Source of the DNA: an uncultured Bradyrhizobium sp.
GTDB lineage: Bacteria > Pseudomonadota > Alphaproteobacteria > Rhizobiales > Xanthobacteraceae
Assembly (NCBI RefSeq): GCF_964252615.1
Contig: NZ_CAXUNQ010000018.1
Coordinates: 15,528-79,527, forward strand
DNA length: 64,000 bases
Reading direction: 5' to 3'
Shown: positions 27,461 to 37,017 of the stretch, piece by piece
Layout of the letters: each line of letters starts with the position of its first letter
How positions within the stretch are numbered: the stretch's first letter is position 1
Notes under the pieces: generated by a model
The model's database searches: none
Seen by the model: only the letters and a program-made list of their open reading frames with translations
What the model was told of the DNA's origin: nothing
Program-made: the position numbers and the translations under genes

Positions 27461-29599
27461 ATGTCCGCCGCAACCAGGCCTGCCACGCATCCGCTCGATT
27501 CGTTCTTCTCGCCCTCCAGCATTGCCCTGATCGGCGCCTCGCGCGACCTCGAGAAGATTCCCGGCCGGCTGCTGTCGATGCTGCGCAAGAACCGGTATCC
27601 CGGCCGGATTTATCCGATCAATCCGAACTACGGCGAACTCGATGGGCTGAAATGCTATCCCTCGATATCGGATGTCGGAGCGCCGATCGACCTTGCCATC
27701 GTCATCATCCCGGCGCGCGCGGTATTAGGCGCGCTCGAGCAATGCGCCGCCGTCGGCGTCAAGAACGCGGTGATCATTTCGTCGGGATTTGCCGAGGAGG
27801 GCGGCGACAGCACGGCGATGCAGGACGCCATCGTGGCGCTGGCCAAAAAAAGCGGCATGCGGATTTCCGGCCCTAATGCGGAGGGCTTCTACAGCGAAGC
27901 CCAGCACGTCGCGGCGACCTTCAGCCCCACCGTGGACGTCAAGCCGGGTGCGGTGGACCTCGTCGCGACTAAGCGGCGGGCCGCCATCGTCGCCCAGAGC
28001 GGCGGCATCGGCTTTGCGATCAAGCACCGCGCCAAGGCGCTGGGTGTCGCGATCAGCTACTGCGTCAGCGCCGGCAATGAGGCCGATCTCGGCGCCGGGG
28101 AATTTCTCGACTACATGGTGCAGGATTCTTCCACCGACGTGATCCTGTTGTTCATCGAGGGCATCCGCGACGTCGACAAGTTTCTCGCTGCCGCCCGGCG
28201 CGCGGCGGATCTTGGCAAGCCCGTGATCGTCACCAAGGTCGGCCGCTCCGGCGCCGGCGAGCGCGCCGCCGCCTCGCACACCGCCAGCATGGCCGGCTGG
28301 TCCGCGGCCTACGACGCGGTGTTCGCCAAATACGGTTTTATCGTCTCCAACGATCTGGACGAGGCGGTGACCATCGCGGCGGTGTTGGTCACATCGCCAT
28401 TGCCGAAAGGCGACCGGGTGGGCGTCGTCACTGTTTCCGGCGGCGCCGGCATCTGGGGGGCGGACACCGTGTCGATGCAAGGCCTGCAAGTGCCGGAACT
28501 GCCGGCGCCGATGCAGGCGGAAATCCGCAAGCTGCTGCCGTCCTATGGCGCGGCGCGCAACCCGATCGACGTCACTGCGCAGGGCGTGCACAGCGGCGGC
28601 CTGCAGAAGAGCATCGATCTGCTCGATGCGTCCGACGAGATCGACGCCATCCTGGTGGTGCTGTCGCTGTCAAGCGATATGCGGCTGCTGTTCAAGCGTG
28701 ACGAACTGAAGCCGGTGATCGACGCGCAGCGCAAGCCGATCGTGTTCTACTCCTACACGCTGCCTTCAAATTTCGCACGTACCGCGCTGGCGGAGTCCGG
28801 CGTCGTCGTGCTGTCGGGCCTGACGCATGTCGGTGTTGCGATGCGCAAGATCACTGACTATGCGAGATTCAAGCTGGCGCCGCCGGTGAGCGAGACGGCA
28901 TCCAGGCCGTTCGATCTGGCAGCGCGGCTGACGTCGAAAACCCTGTCGGAGCACGACAGCAAGTCGCTGCTGCGCGATGCAGGCATCGCGCTGCCCGATG
29001 AAATGCTGGTAACGGAGAAGGCCGCGCTCGACGAGGCGATCACGCGAACGGAATTTCCGCTGGTGATGAAAATCCAGTCCCGCGACATCCCGCACAAAAG
29101 CGAGGTCGGCGGCGTTCGCATCAATATCACCAGCAAGGGCGAGGCGTGGGCCGCTTACACGGCGTTGCTGGATAGCGCGCGGCGGCATCGGCCGGACGCG
29201 GTCATTCAAGGTGTGCTGGTTGGTCCGATGGCGAAGAAGGGCGTCGAGATCATAATCGGCACCATGCTGGATGCCACGTTCGGTTCGATGATCATGGTCG
29301 GCCTCGGCGGTGTCACCACCGAATTGTTCAAGGACGTGGTCTATCGCCCGGCGCCGGTCAGTCCCGCGGAAGCCGCGGCCATGCTTGGCGAACTCAAGGC
29401 GGCGCCGCTGCTCAATGGATTTCGGGGCGCGCTGAAAGCGGATATCGCGGCCCTATCGCAGTTGATTTCGCAAATTTCGCAGCTTGCCGCACGCTTCAAA
29501 GCCGGGATTTCAGAGATCGAACTGAATCCGGTGCTGGTCCATTGCGAAGGCCAGGGCGTCACTATCGTCGACGCACTGGTGGTGCCGAAAACGCGGTAG
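27461..29599 (+). CDS. acetate--CoA ligase family protein (ADP-forming acyl-CoA synthetase: CoA-binding + ligase-CoA + ATP-grasp domains)
   Basis: 712 aa. Motifs: SIALIGASRD..GRIYPINPNY, ISSGFAEEG, and a C-terminal ATP-grasp (..PLVMKIQSRDIPHKSEVGGVRINI..). Confidence 0.88.
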   Translation: MSAATRPATHPLDSFFSPSSIALIGASRDLEKIPGRLLSMLRKNRYPGRIYPINPNYGELDGLKCYPSISDVGAPIDLAIVIIPARAVLGALEQCAAVGVKNAVIISSGFAEEGGDSTAMQDAIVALAKKSGMRISGPNAEGFYSEAQHVAATFSPTVDVKPGAVDLVATKRRAAIVAQSGGIGFAIKHRAKALGVAISYCVSAGNEADLGAGEFLDYMVQDSSTDVILLFIEGIRDVDKFLAAARRAADLGKPVIVTKVGRSGAGERAAASHTASMAGWSAAYDAVFAKYGFIVSNDLDEAVTIAAVLVTSPLPKGDRVGVVTVSGGAGIWGADTVSMQGLQVPELPAPMQAEIRKLLPSYGAARNPIDVTAQGVHSGGLQKSIDLLDASDEIDAILVVLSLSSDMRLLFKRDELKPVIDAQRKPIVFYSYTLPSNFARTALAESGVVVLSGLTHVGVAMRKITDYARFKLAPPVSETASRPFDLAARLTSKTLSEHDSKSLLRDAGIALPDEMLVTEKAALDEAITRTEFPLVMKIQSRDIPHKSEVGGVRINITSKGEAWAAYTALLDSARRHRPDAVIQGVLVGPMAKKGVEIIIGTMLDATFGSMIMVGLGGVTTELFKDVVYRPAPVSPAEAAAMLGELKAAPLLNGFRGALKADIAALSQLISQISQLAARFKAGISEIELNPVLVHCEGQGVTIVDALVVPKTR

Positions 29600-29634
29600 T
29601 TGTCGCGCATTCCGACGCCGTCCCCGCCTTGCAA

Positions 29635-29672
29635 AGATGGATGGTACGCGGGTCAAGCCCGCATATGACGAG
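29635..29672. repeat. REP-like element, family B core
   Basis: AGATGGATGGTACGCGGGTCAAGCCCGCATATGACGAG. Confidence 0.7.
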
Positions 29673-29726
29673 ATAGGTGCATGCGCCGGCGCCTGCGGGG
29701 AAGACGTGTCGAAGCGATGGCGGATT

Positions 29727-30530
29727 TCACCGTCCCTTGAAATTCGCCACCCGCCGTTCTTCGGTCGCCTTGATGCCTTCCTTGAAATCTTCCGTCGCGC
29801 GCAGCCGTGTCTGTTCGGCGAGTTCGTAGTTGGTGGCTGCCATCACGCGGTCGGCAAGACCGGCGCGCATGGTGGCGCGGGTCGAGAGCAGCCCCAGCGG
29901 CGAGCATTCGGCGATTTCGCCCGCGAGCTTCATTGCCTCGACGCGCACCTGATCCTGCGGCACGCAGACATTGGCAAGGCCCATTCGGGTGGCCTCCTCG
30001 CCACCGACGCGGCGACTGGTGTAGAAAATCAATTCGGCGTTGTTCTTTCCGACCAATTCGGGAAGCGTCGCGGTCAATCCAAAGCCGGGATGAAATCCGA
30101 GCTTGGTAAAATTGGCCGCGAAGCGCGCCTCGGGACAGGTGACGCGAAAGTCCGCTGAAACCGCCAAGCCCAGTCCGCCGCCGATGGCGGCGCCATGAAC
30201 CGCGGCGACGATCGGTTTCCTGTTGCGGAAGATGCGCACTGCCTGGAGGTAGAGATGATTGATCTGGCCGAGGCTCGACGCCGGATCGGATTTTTCGCGC
30301 GCCTCGGCTTCCTGGCGGGCCGGGTCGTTGAAATTGGCGCCGGCGCAAAACGCCTTGCCTTGGGCCGCGAGCACGGATGCACGAATTTCGATGTCGCGGT
30401 CAAAGTCTTCCAGTGCATCCGCGATCTGGTTGATCAGCGAGATGTCGAAGAAATTAAGCGGCGGCCGCTGGATTTCGATGATCCCGACATGCCCATGGGT
30501 CTCGACGCCGATGTCCTTGTACTTGCTCAT
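29727..30530 (-). CDS. enoyl-CoA hydratase/isomerase family protein
   Basis: 267 aa. Motifs: GIIEIQRPPLNFF, FCAGANF, AAVHGAAIGGGLGLAVSADFRV. Confidence 0.9.
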   Translation of the reverse strand: MSKYKDIGVETHGHVGIIEIQRPPLNFFDISLINQIADALEDFDRDIEIRASVLAAQGKAFCAGANFNDPARQEAEAREKSDPASSLGQINHLYLQAVRIFRNRKPIVAAVHGAAIGGGLGLAVSADFRVTCPEARFAANFTKLGFHPGFGLTATLPELVGKNNAELIFYTSRRVGGEEATRMGLANVCVPQDQVRVEAMKLAGEIAECSPLGLLSTRATMRAGLADRVMAATNYELAEQTRLRATEDFKEGIKATEERRVANFKGR

Positions 30531-30563
30531 GATGGTCCTCCGGGTGCCTCCGAATCTCTACTC

Positions 30564-30648
30564 CGTCATGACCGGGCTTGTCTCCCGGTCATCCACGTCT
30601 TTCGGCGCCCAGGACGTGGATGGCCGGGACAGGCGCGGCCATGACGCG
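30564..30648. repeat. REP-like element, family B inverted pair
   Basis: CGTCATGACCGGGCTTGTCTCCCGGTCATCCACGTC ... GACGTGGATGGCCGGGACAGGCGCGGCCATGACGCG. Confidence 0.7.
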
Positions 30649-30676
30649 GCGAGACGTGGAACGTCCCGCCTTCAAA

Positions 30677-31837
30677 TCAGCGCAGTCCAAGCCCGCGTGC
30701 AATGATGCCGCGCAGCACTTCGGTGGTGCCGCCCTGGATCGTCAGTTTTGGCGCGGTCTTGGTGGCGAAGGCCAGTTGCTCGTCGAGTGTCGCGTGGTTT
30801 GAAACGTTGTCATCAACGAACGCGGCGAGTTCGCGGACCCGATGCGGCAATCGCTGCTCCCAGATCGTGCCGATGTCCTTGACGATGGCGGCTTCCACCA
30901 CCGGCTCCTTGCCGGCCTGCAGCATGCCGGCGACCGAAACCGACATCCGCCGCATGGTATGGAGCTGCGCCACCAGCTTGCCGATCCCCTCCGCGGCGCG
31001 CGCATCCGGCTTCGGACCGATCGCGCGAACCAGTTCCGTCAGCACGTAATAGGTTTCCAGGAATCGTTCCGGCCCCGATCGTTCATAGGCGAGTTCGCTG
31101 GTGGCCTGCTTCCAGGCGCCGTCGATTTCGCCCAATACGTGATCGTCGGGCATGAAAGCGTCGGTGAATACCACCTCGTTGAATTCGAATTGGCCGGTGA
31201 TCTGGCCAATCGGATTGACTTTAATGCCGCGGGTTTTCATATCGACCAGAAACTGCGTCAGGCCGTGGCGGCGGTTTTCCTTGGTCGATGGCGAGGTACG
31301 GAAAATCGCGATCATGTAATCGGCGATGTGTGCCGACGAAGTCCAGATCTTGGTGCCGTTGATCAGCCAGCCGCCATCGGTCCTGGTCGCCTTGGTCTTG
31401 GCCGCGAACAGATCGGAGCCGGAATTCGGTTCGCTCATGCCGATCGAGAAACAGACCTCGCCGCGGCAGATCCGCGGCAGGATATCCAGCTTGATATGCT
31501 CGGGTGCGTATTTGAGAAGCACCGGCCCGCTCTGCCGGTCGGCGACGAAGAAGCGCCGCGTCGGCGCGTTGGCCACGCGCATTTCCTCGGTGACCACATA
31601 GCGCTCCAGAAAGCTGCGCTCGTGGCCGCCGTATTTCTTCGGCCAGGTCATGCCGAGCCAGCCGCGCTCGCCGACGCGTCGGGAAAATTCCGGCGCGTCG
31701 GTGTCTTCCCGGTTGGGCTTGTGCGGATCGAAGGTGCCCGCGGCGATCTCGTCGGCGAGGAAGGCGCGTACTTCCTGGCGCAGCACTTCGCATTCAGGCG
31801 GCAGGCGGATTGGATCGAAACGAAGGGCTGCGGTCAT
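30677..31837 (-). CDS. acyl-CoA dehydrogenase
   Basis: 386 aa. Motifs: GWLGMTWPKKYGG, SEPNSGSDL, KIWTSSAH, and a C-terminal GGTTEVLRGIIAR. Confidence 0.9.
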   Translation of the reverse strand: MTAALRFDPIRLPPECEVLRQEVRAFLADEIAAGTFDPHKPNREDTDAPEFSRRVGERGWLGMTWPKKYGGHERSFLERYVVTEEMRVANAPTRRFFVADRQSGPVLLKYAPEHIKLDILPRICRGEVCFSIGMSEPNSGSDLFAAKTKATRTDGGWLINGTKIWTSSAHIADYMIAIFRTSPSTKENRRHGLTQFLVDMKTRGIKVNPIGQITGQFEFNEVVFTDAFMPDDHVLGEIDGAWKQATSELAYERSGPERFLETYYVLTELVRAIGPKPDARAAEGIGKLVAQLHTMRRMSVSVAGMLQAGKEPVVEAAIVKDIGTIWEQRLPHRVRELAAFVDDNVSNHATLDEQLAFATKTAPKLTIQGGTTEVLRGIIARGLGLR

Positions 31838-31876
31838 TTGAAATCTCGATTTCCAGGTGGGCTAATCTCGTTCATC

Positions 31877-32938
31877 TCAGCGCGACGCCACCAGCGGCCA
31901 TAACTCGTCGGCGCCGCGCGCGGCAACCATCTTTCCGAGTTCCACCGCCCACCAGCTTTCATGGCCGAAATCGTCGCGCCATGCCAGCGCGCGCAGGGTA
32001 TAGCGATGCAAAATATGCTCGATGGTGAAACCGATCGCGCCATGCACCTGGTGCGCGATCGCGGCGCCGTTTTCGGCGGCCTCCGAGCAGCGGATTTTAG
32101 CCGCGGAGGCCTCCAGAAACACCGCGTCGTCGAACGCCGTGCTGTTGGCGATGGTGTCCGCAGCGGAGCTTGCGGCTGCGAGGGCCGCAGCGGCTTCGCC
32201 CGCGAGTTTCGCCAGGTTGTGCTGCACGGCCTGGAATTTCGAGATTTTCTTCTCAAAGGCGACGCGTTCGTTGGAGTAGCGCACGCTGACGTCGAGCATG
32301 GATTCCAGCGCACCCGCGATCTGCAGGCTGCGCGCGACCGCGCCCATCAGCATCAGCGATGTCTGGTCGAAACCGTTCGGCGCCGGCTTGACGGCGATCG
32401 GCTCCACCTTGTTGAAGGTCACGACGTCGCTGGCGTCGCTGGCAAGGTTCAGGCCCTGCTCGATCCGGCATGCGGCGGCTTCAACCAGCGCGATCGAAAC
32501 ACCGCGCGTGCCGGTCGCAAGAACGGCGATATGTTTGGCGGCCTTGGCAAATGGAATGCCGCGCGCGCGCCCCGACAATGTGCCGTCCAGATCGAACGTG
32601 ATGCGATCTTTCGGGCTTGCCGGCGCAACCGTCATCGCGCCTTCCGGCGATGCAATGCTCGCCCGCGCCAGCAGCCACCCCGCCAGCATGGTTTCGGCGA
32701 GCGGTACGGCTATCGCGAAACGTCCCGCCGAACTGAGGACGCTGAAGCCCTCCGCGAGACCGGCACCCGAGCCGCCAAGTTCCTCGGGCACCCATGACAG
32801 CGGCAATCCGGCTTCGGTCAGCGCCTGCCACAGCGGTGTTTTCCAGCGGCCGTCCTTGGCGTTGTTGATGGTTTGGGCGTCGGCGAGATCGGCGAGAATT
32901 CGCTCCGCGGTCTCGGCAACAATGTTCTCACTCTCCAC
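31877..32938 (-). CDS. acyl-CoA dehydrogenase family protein (shorter, divergent partner)
   Basis: 353 aa with the ACAD C-terminal helical-domain pattern (..RYSNERVAFEKKISKFQAVQHNLAKLA..HQVHGAIGFT.EH.LHRYT). Lies 39 nt upstream of the other ACAD. Confidence 0.8.
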   Translation of the reverse strand: MESENIVAETAERILADLADAQTINNAKDGRWKTPLWQALTEAGLPLSWVPEELGGSGAGLAEGFSVLSSAGRFAIAVPLAETMLAGWLLARASIASPEGAMTVAPASPKDRITFDLDGTLSGRARGIPFAKAAKHIAVLATGTRGVSIALVEAAACRIEQGLNLASDASDVVTFNKVEPIAVKPAPNGFDQTSLMLMGAVARSLQIAGALESMLDVSVRYSNERVAFEKKISKFQAVQHNLAKLAGEAAAALAAASSAADTIANSTAFDDAVFLEASAAKIRCSEAAENGAAIAHQVHGAIGFTIEHILHRYTLRALAWRDDFGHESWWAVELGKMVAARGADELWPLVASR

Positions 32939-33159
32939 AGCGTTCCCCTTTTCTTAAGCGCCATGATGGGGAAAAGCGCTGGCGATGACAAGCGCCGATG
33001 TCCGCTTGCAGGGCACCCGGTCATACGGGATGCGTGCCAACGGTCCGCGCAAAGCGTGGCGCGATTTCGCGTAACCGAGAAACGCACCTTGTTCCCAATT
33101 CACCGGGCGATGTGGTAGATCGCGGTATGCCAGACGCATAATCAAGAAAAGGACTGCAG

Positions 33160-33942
33160 ATGTTCAAGGACGGTATGTGTGTTGCGATTACGGGGTCGGC
33201 ATCGGGCCTAGGTGCGGCGACGGCGGTGAGCCTTGCCAAGGGCGGCGCGCGCATCGTCATCAATTATGCGTCGAGCCAGAAGGAGGCGGAGCAGACCGCC
33301 GACCTCTGCCGTACCGCCGGCGCCGAGGTTGCCCTCGTCCAGGGCGACGTATCTCGTGACGAGGACTGCAAGAAGATCGTCGCGGCGGCAGCCCCGTGGG
33401 GACGCCTGGACGCATTGATCAACAATGCCGGCACCACCAAGCATATGGCGCACGGCAATCTGGACGGACTGTCGGCCGAAGACTTTCAGCGGTTGTTCGG
33501 GGTCAACACCATCGGACCGTTCCAGATGGTCCGGGCGGCGCGATCGTTGCTCGAAGCCGGCGCCAATGCATCCGGCCGGCCGTCGGCGGTGGTAAACGTC
33601 TCCTCTGTAGCAGGCATCAGCGGCGTCGGTTCATCGGTTGCCTATGCCGCGAGCAAGGGCGCGCTGAATACCATGACGTTGTCGCTGGCGCGGGCATTGG
33701 CGCCGTTGATCCGCGTCAACACGGTGTGTCCCGGCTATATCGATACGCCGTGGTTCACCAAGGGCCGTGGCGAGGCGGGGGCCAAGCAGGTGCGCGATAT
33801 GGTTGTCGGCAAAGTACCACTCAAGGTCGCATCGACAGCGGAAGACGTTGCAGCGGTGGTATGCTTCCTCGCTACTTTCGCCTCAAGCAACATGACCGGC
33901 GAACTGGTCCGCATTGATGCCGGCCTGCATCTAGTGAATTGA
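33160..33942 (+). CDS. SDR-family oxidoreductase
   Basis: 260 aa. Motifs: ITGSASGLGAATAVSLAKGGARIV, NNAG, and S..YAASK. Confidence 0.9.
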   Translation: MFKDGMCVAITGSASGLGAATAVSLAKGGARIVINYASSQKEAEQTADLCRTAGAEVALVQGDVSRDEDCKKIVAAAAPWGRLDALINNAGTTKHMAHGNLDGLSAEDFQRLFGVNTIGPFQMVRAARSLLEAGANASGRPSAVVNVSSVAGISGVGSSVAYAASKGALNTMTLSLARALAPLIRVNTVCPGYIDTPWFTKGRGEAGAKQVRDMVVGKVPLKVASTAEDVAAVVCFLATFASSNMTGELVRIDAGLHLVN

Positions 33943-33952
33943 AGAGTTGTAA

Positions 33953-34044
33953 GGCGGGTTAACGCCAAAGGCGCGTAACCCGCCAGCCCAATCCATGGCG
34001 AGTCTGAGCGCGGGTTACGGCGCTTCGCGCCTAACCCACCCTAC
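33953..34044. repeat. REP-like elements, family C (GCGGGTTACGGCGC / GCGCCTAACCCNCC type)
   Basis: Inverted arms GGCGGGTTAACGCC-AAA-GGCGCGTAACCCGCC plus a second copy, GCGCGGGTTACGGCGCTTCGCGCCTAACCCACCCTAC. Lies between convergent genes. Confidence 0.6.
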
Positions 34045-34054
34045 GCATTTACGT

Positions 34055-34339
34055 CTACCGCCCGCCCGGATCCGAAATCACACCGTGGTGCACCAACCGG
34101 TTCCAGATAAACAGCACCACCAGCGCGCCGATCGTCGCCATGATGAATCCCGCGCCCTGATCGGGGCCGTAATGCCCGATCGCCTGGCCGATCCATGTCG
34201 CCACAAAGGCGCCGACGATGCCGAGCACGGTGGTCAGGATAAATCCGCTGGGATTGTTCGGACCTGGCGAGAGCATTCGCGCGATAATGCCGGCGACGAA
34301 GCCGACAAGGATGATCCAGAGAATTCCGCCCATGGCCAT
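34055..34339 (-). CDS. GlsB/YeaQ/YmgE-family stress-response membrane protein
   Basis: 94 aa. GILWIILVGFVAGIIARMLSPG....GFILTTVLGIVGAFVATWIG is the family signature. Confidence 0.85.
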   Translation of the reverse strand: MAMGGILWIILVGFVAGIIARMLSPGPNNPSGFILTTVLGIVGAFVATWIGQAIGHYGPDQGAGFIMATIGALVVLFIWNRLVHHGVISDPGGR

Positions 34340-34363
34340 GGTCCTTTTTTTAAAATGCAGAGT

Positions 34364-34963
34364 CTAGATCGACACTTCGTTCTCGTGCGGCAGCCGCCCG
34401 TGCGGGGTCAGTTGGTTGATCACGTCGGGCAGATGCTGGCTGAGGCCGGCAAGCAGTTCATCGCGCGAAAGTCCGGTTTGCGACGACAGCGTATTGATCT
34501 GGTCGGCGCCGAGCGCGCGCCCGAGATCGTTCGGTGAAATCTCCTTGTTCGGGCCGGGGCTCACCCATGAATTGGCGGTGTCGCCATGGCCGCTGTCCTG
34601 GAACTGCTTGAGCAGGTCGCCGAGGCCGCCGCTGATCACGCTTCCCGCGGCGCCGCCTGCCAGCAGGCCGCCAAGCCCGCCCTTGAGCAGATTGCCCAGT
34701 CCGCCACCGAGTCCTCCACCGCCAAATGCGCCGCCCAGTCCGCCGGGCAAACCGGCGTTCACCGTGTTAGGCGACGGAGCCGGCGTCGGTGCCGGATTGC
34801 CGCCCGATGGGCCGCCGCCGATATGCTTTACCGCCTTGTAGGCAAGCAATGCAAGGATCGCCATGGTCATCGGCGACATGCCGCCCTGGCCGGCGGAATC
34901 GCCTGGAACGCTTTGACCTCGCGGGCCGTTCTGCATGCCGTTGAGGATATCGAGCAAACCCAT
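34364..34963 (-). CDS. YidB-family (DUF937) protein
   Basis: Only the last 199 codons of ORF 34364..35524 are kept. ATG 34963 is preceded by AGGAGA. Has a Gly-rich linker and a C-terminal ..SWVSPGPNKEISPNDLGRALG..LSSQTGLSRDELLAGLSQHLPDVINQLTP. Confidence 0.8.
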   Translation of the reverse strand: MGLLDILNGMQNGPRGQSVPGDSAGQGGMSPMTMAILALLAYKAVKHIGGGPSGGNPAPTPAPSPNTVNAGLPGGLGGAFGGGGLGGGLGNLLKGGLGGLLAGGAAGSVISGGLGDLLKQFQDSGHGDTANSWVSPGPNKEISPNDLGRALGADQINTLSSQTGLSRDELLAGLSQHLPDVINQLTPHGRLPHENEVSI

Positions 34964-35114
34964 GGTTCTCTCCTGTCGCGCTCCGCCCACAACGCGAACA
35001 TAACGTTGCGGCATGACGGTTACAAGGCGCGCGCCCGGCGAACGCGCAACCAGATAGGCACACGACGCGCGCTCTGCTACCGATCTGAACAGCGCCCTGA
35101 CCTCGGATGCCAGC

Positions 35115-36128
35115 ATGATCGCGACCACGCCCATCTGTATGGCCGGCGCCGGCAGCATCGGCTGCTTTGTCGGAGGCGTTCTTGCCGATGCCGGCCGCCG
35201 CGTTTCGCTGCTGGCGCGCCCGCGCATGATCGAAGAAATTAAAGGCAACGGCCTGAAGGTAACGAGCTTCGAGGGCTTTGACCGCCGGGTCGCCGCGAAC
35301 CAACTCTCGCTCTCGGAGGACCCCTCGATCTTGCAGGACGCCGGTGCCGTGCTGGTGACCGTGAAAAGCACGGATACCGCCGAGATAGCCGATCTGATTG
35401 CACGGCACGCGCGACCGGACGCGGTCATTGTCAGCCTGCAAAACGGCGTCGGCAATGTTGCGGTGCTGCGCGAACGCCTCGTCGGCCGGCGCGTGCTGGG
35501 CGGAATGGTGCCGTTCAATGTCATTGCGCTGGGGCAGGGGCGGTTTCATCGGGCGACCTCCGGCGATATCGTCATCGAGCGGGACGAGGTCGGCACCGCG
35601 GCGCAACTTTCGGTCCCGAGCCTGGCGATGCAGCCGACCGATGACATCGTCGGCGTGCAATGGGGCAAGCTGCTGCTCAATCTCAACAATGCGCTGAATG
35701 CCTTATCCGGCCTGCCGTTGCGAGAGCAGCTTTCGCGGCGGTCGTGGCGCGTGCTGTTCGCAAACCAGATGGCGGAAGGGCTGGCCGCCATGAAGGCCGA
35801 AGGCATCAAGCCGGTCGCGTCGACGCCGGTCCCGCCGGCCTTGACGCCGCATCTGCTGCGGTTGCCGGATATCGCATTTCAATTGCTGCTGGGCCGGACG
35901 ATGAAGATCGATCCGGAGGCGCGGTCATCGATGTGGGAGGATTTGCAACGCCGCAGGCGTACCGAGATCGATTATCTGCAGGGCGTCATCGTGGCGATTG
36001 CGCAACGGCATGGGCTGCAAGCGCCGCTGTCCCGGCGCATCGTGGAATTGATTAAGCATGCGGAGGCCGATGGCAAGGGCTCGCCGGGACTGACGCCGGA
36101 GCAGATACGTTTCGGGCCGTCAGAATAA
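35115..36128 (+). CDS. 2-dehydropantoate 2-reductase (PanE/ApbA) family oxidoreductase
   Basis: 337 aa. ICMAGAGSIGCFVGGVL Rossmann motif, and a C-terminal SSMWEDLQRRRRTEIDYLQG. Confidence 0.85.
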   Translation: MIATTPICMAGAGSIGCFVGGVLADAGRRVSLLARPRMIEEIKGNGLKVTSFEGFDRRVAANQLSLSEDPSILQDAGAVLVTVKSTDTAEIADLIARHARPDAVIVSLQNGVGNVAVLRERLVGRRVLGGMVPFNVIALGQGRFHRATSGDIVIERDEVGTAAQLSVPSLAMQPTDDIVGVQWGKLLLNLNNALNALSGLPLREQLSRRSWRVLFANQMAEGLAAMKAEGIKPVASTPVPPALTPHLLRLPDIAFQLLLGRTMKIDPEARSSMWEDLQRRRRTEIDYLQGVIVAIAQRHGLQAPLSRRIVELIKHAEADGKGSPGLTPEQIRFGPSE

Positions 36129-36135
36129 CCGGGCA

Positions 36136-36760
36136 CTAGCTGCTGATGCGGGCGTCGGCGACGGCTTTCTGAAACAGCGCATTCATCGCCTGTGAAATCG
36201 CCTGAGTCGGGCTGACTTCGAAATAGAGTCCGGAGGACGCGCAGCTTTTCATATTGTTGGCGATCTCGCTGTTCGGCGAGGGGCCATAGGGGCCGATATT
36301 AAAGGGCGCGATCCACGTGTTGTACCAGGCGTTGGTCGGCAACGCGAGATAGGTCGTGTACAACACCGCGACCTTGATGCCGCGATTCTTGAGCGTGGTG
36401 CATAAAGCGGGATTGATCGGCGACTGGCAGCGCCCGCCGGTGGCCGGCTTGCTGCACGATCCGCCATTGTTTTCGTCAGCGACGCCATCCGACACGAAGA
36501 ACAGATACTTTTTGCGGCGCCTCCGATGTCCCTGCGCCGGGCGAACTGATCGCGTTGTTGATCGAGGGAAAAATGTTGGTGTAGCCGGTGTCCTGATCGT
36601 TGTTGTCGTTCTGGCCGTTGACGGTCATCAGGTCGATATTGCCGGCCGCCGTCTTGGCGCTGGTCAGGCTGGAGGACAGGGAAAACAGGCTCCTTAGCCC
36701 GGCCGTCTGCGCGGGGCCGCCGAAATCGACATGTTGCCCTTGAATAATTTCTTCGCGTCG
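36136..36760 (-). pseudogene. remnant of a TadG-like / vWA-domain pilus-assembly protein (5'-truncated, frameshifted)
   Basis: The C-terminal part (36136..36495 frame) is ..FFVSDGVADENNGG..CTTLKNRGIKVAVLYTTY..CASSGLYFEV... The upstream part (..NIDLMTVNGQNDNNDQDTGYTNIFPSINN..GTSEAPQK) is in another frame. The shift lies at an A5 run (plus-strand T5, 36509-36513). The 5' limit is approximate. Confidence 0.55.
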
Positions 36761-37017
36761 CTCACGCCCGCCGGTACTGGTCCGTCGGAGGTCACCGAAC
36801 CGGAAGGTTCGTGATGATGCGAGCGGCAGCCGCGGTGATCGGCAGCGTTCTCGGCGAAGCCGCGATGGCCGCACGGCCAACGGTCGTGCCGTCGCCCGGC
36901 TATGATGCCTGATTGCAGGAGCAGCGCGCGGCTTCACGCCGAAGCCGGTCGACGACCCGGCGCCGCGCCGAAGGCCCAAGCCGCATCACGGCGCGCCGCG
37001 TTGACAGGCCTGCTCGT

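Noticed and set aside
34964-35524. The 5' two-thirds of the 386-aa ORF 34364..35524.
   Set aside because: Only the last 199 codons match the YidB/DUF937 pattern and have a strong SD (AGGAGA). The upstream part overlaps the divergent panE-like gene and reads as low-complexity nonsense.
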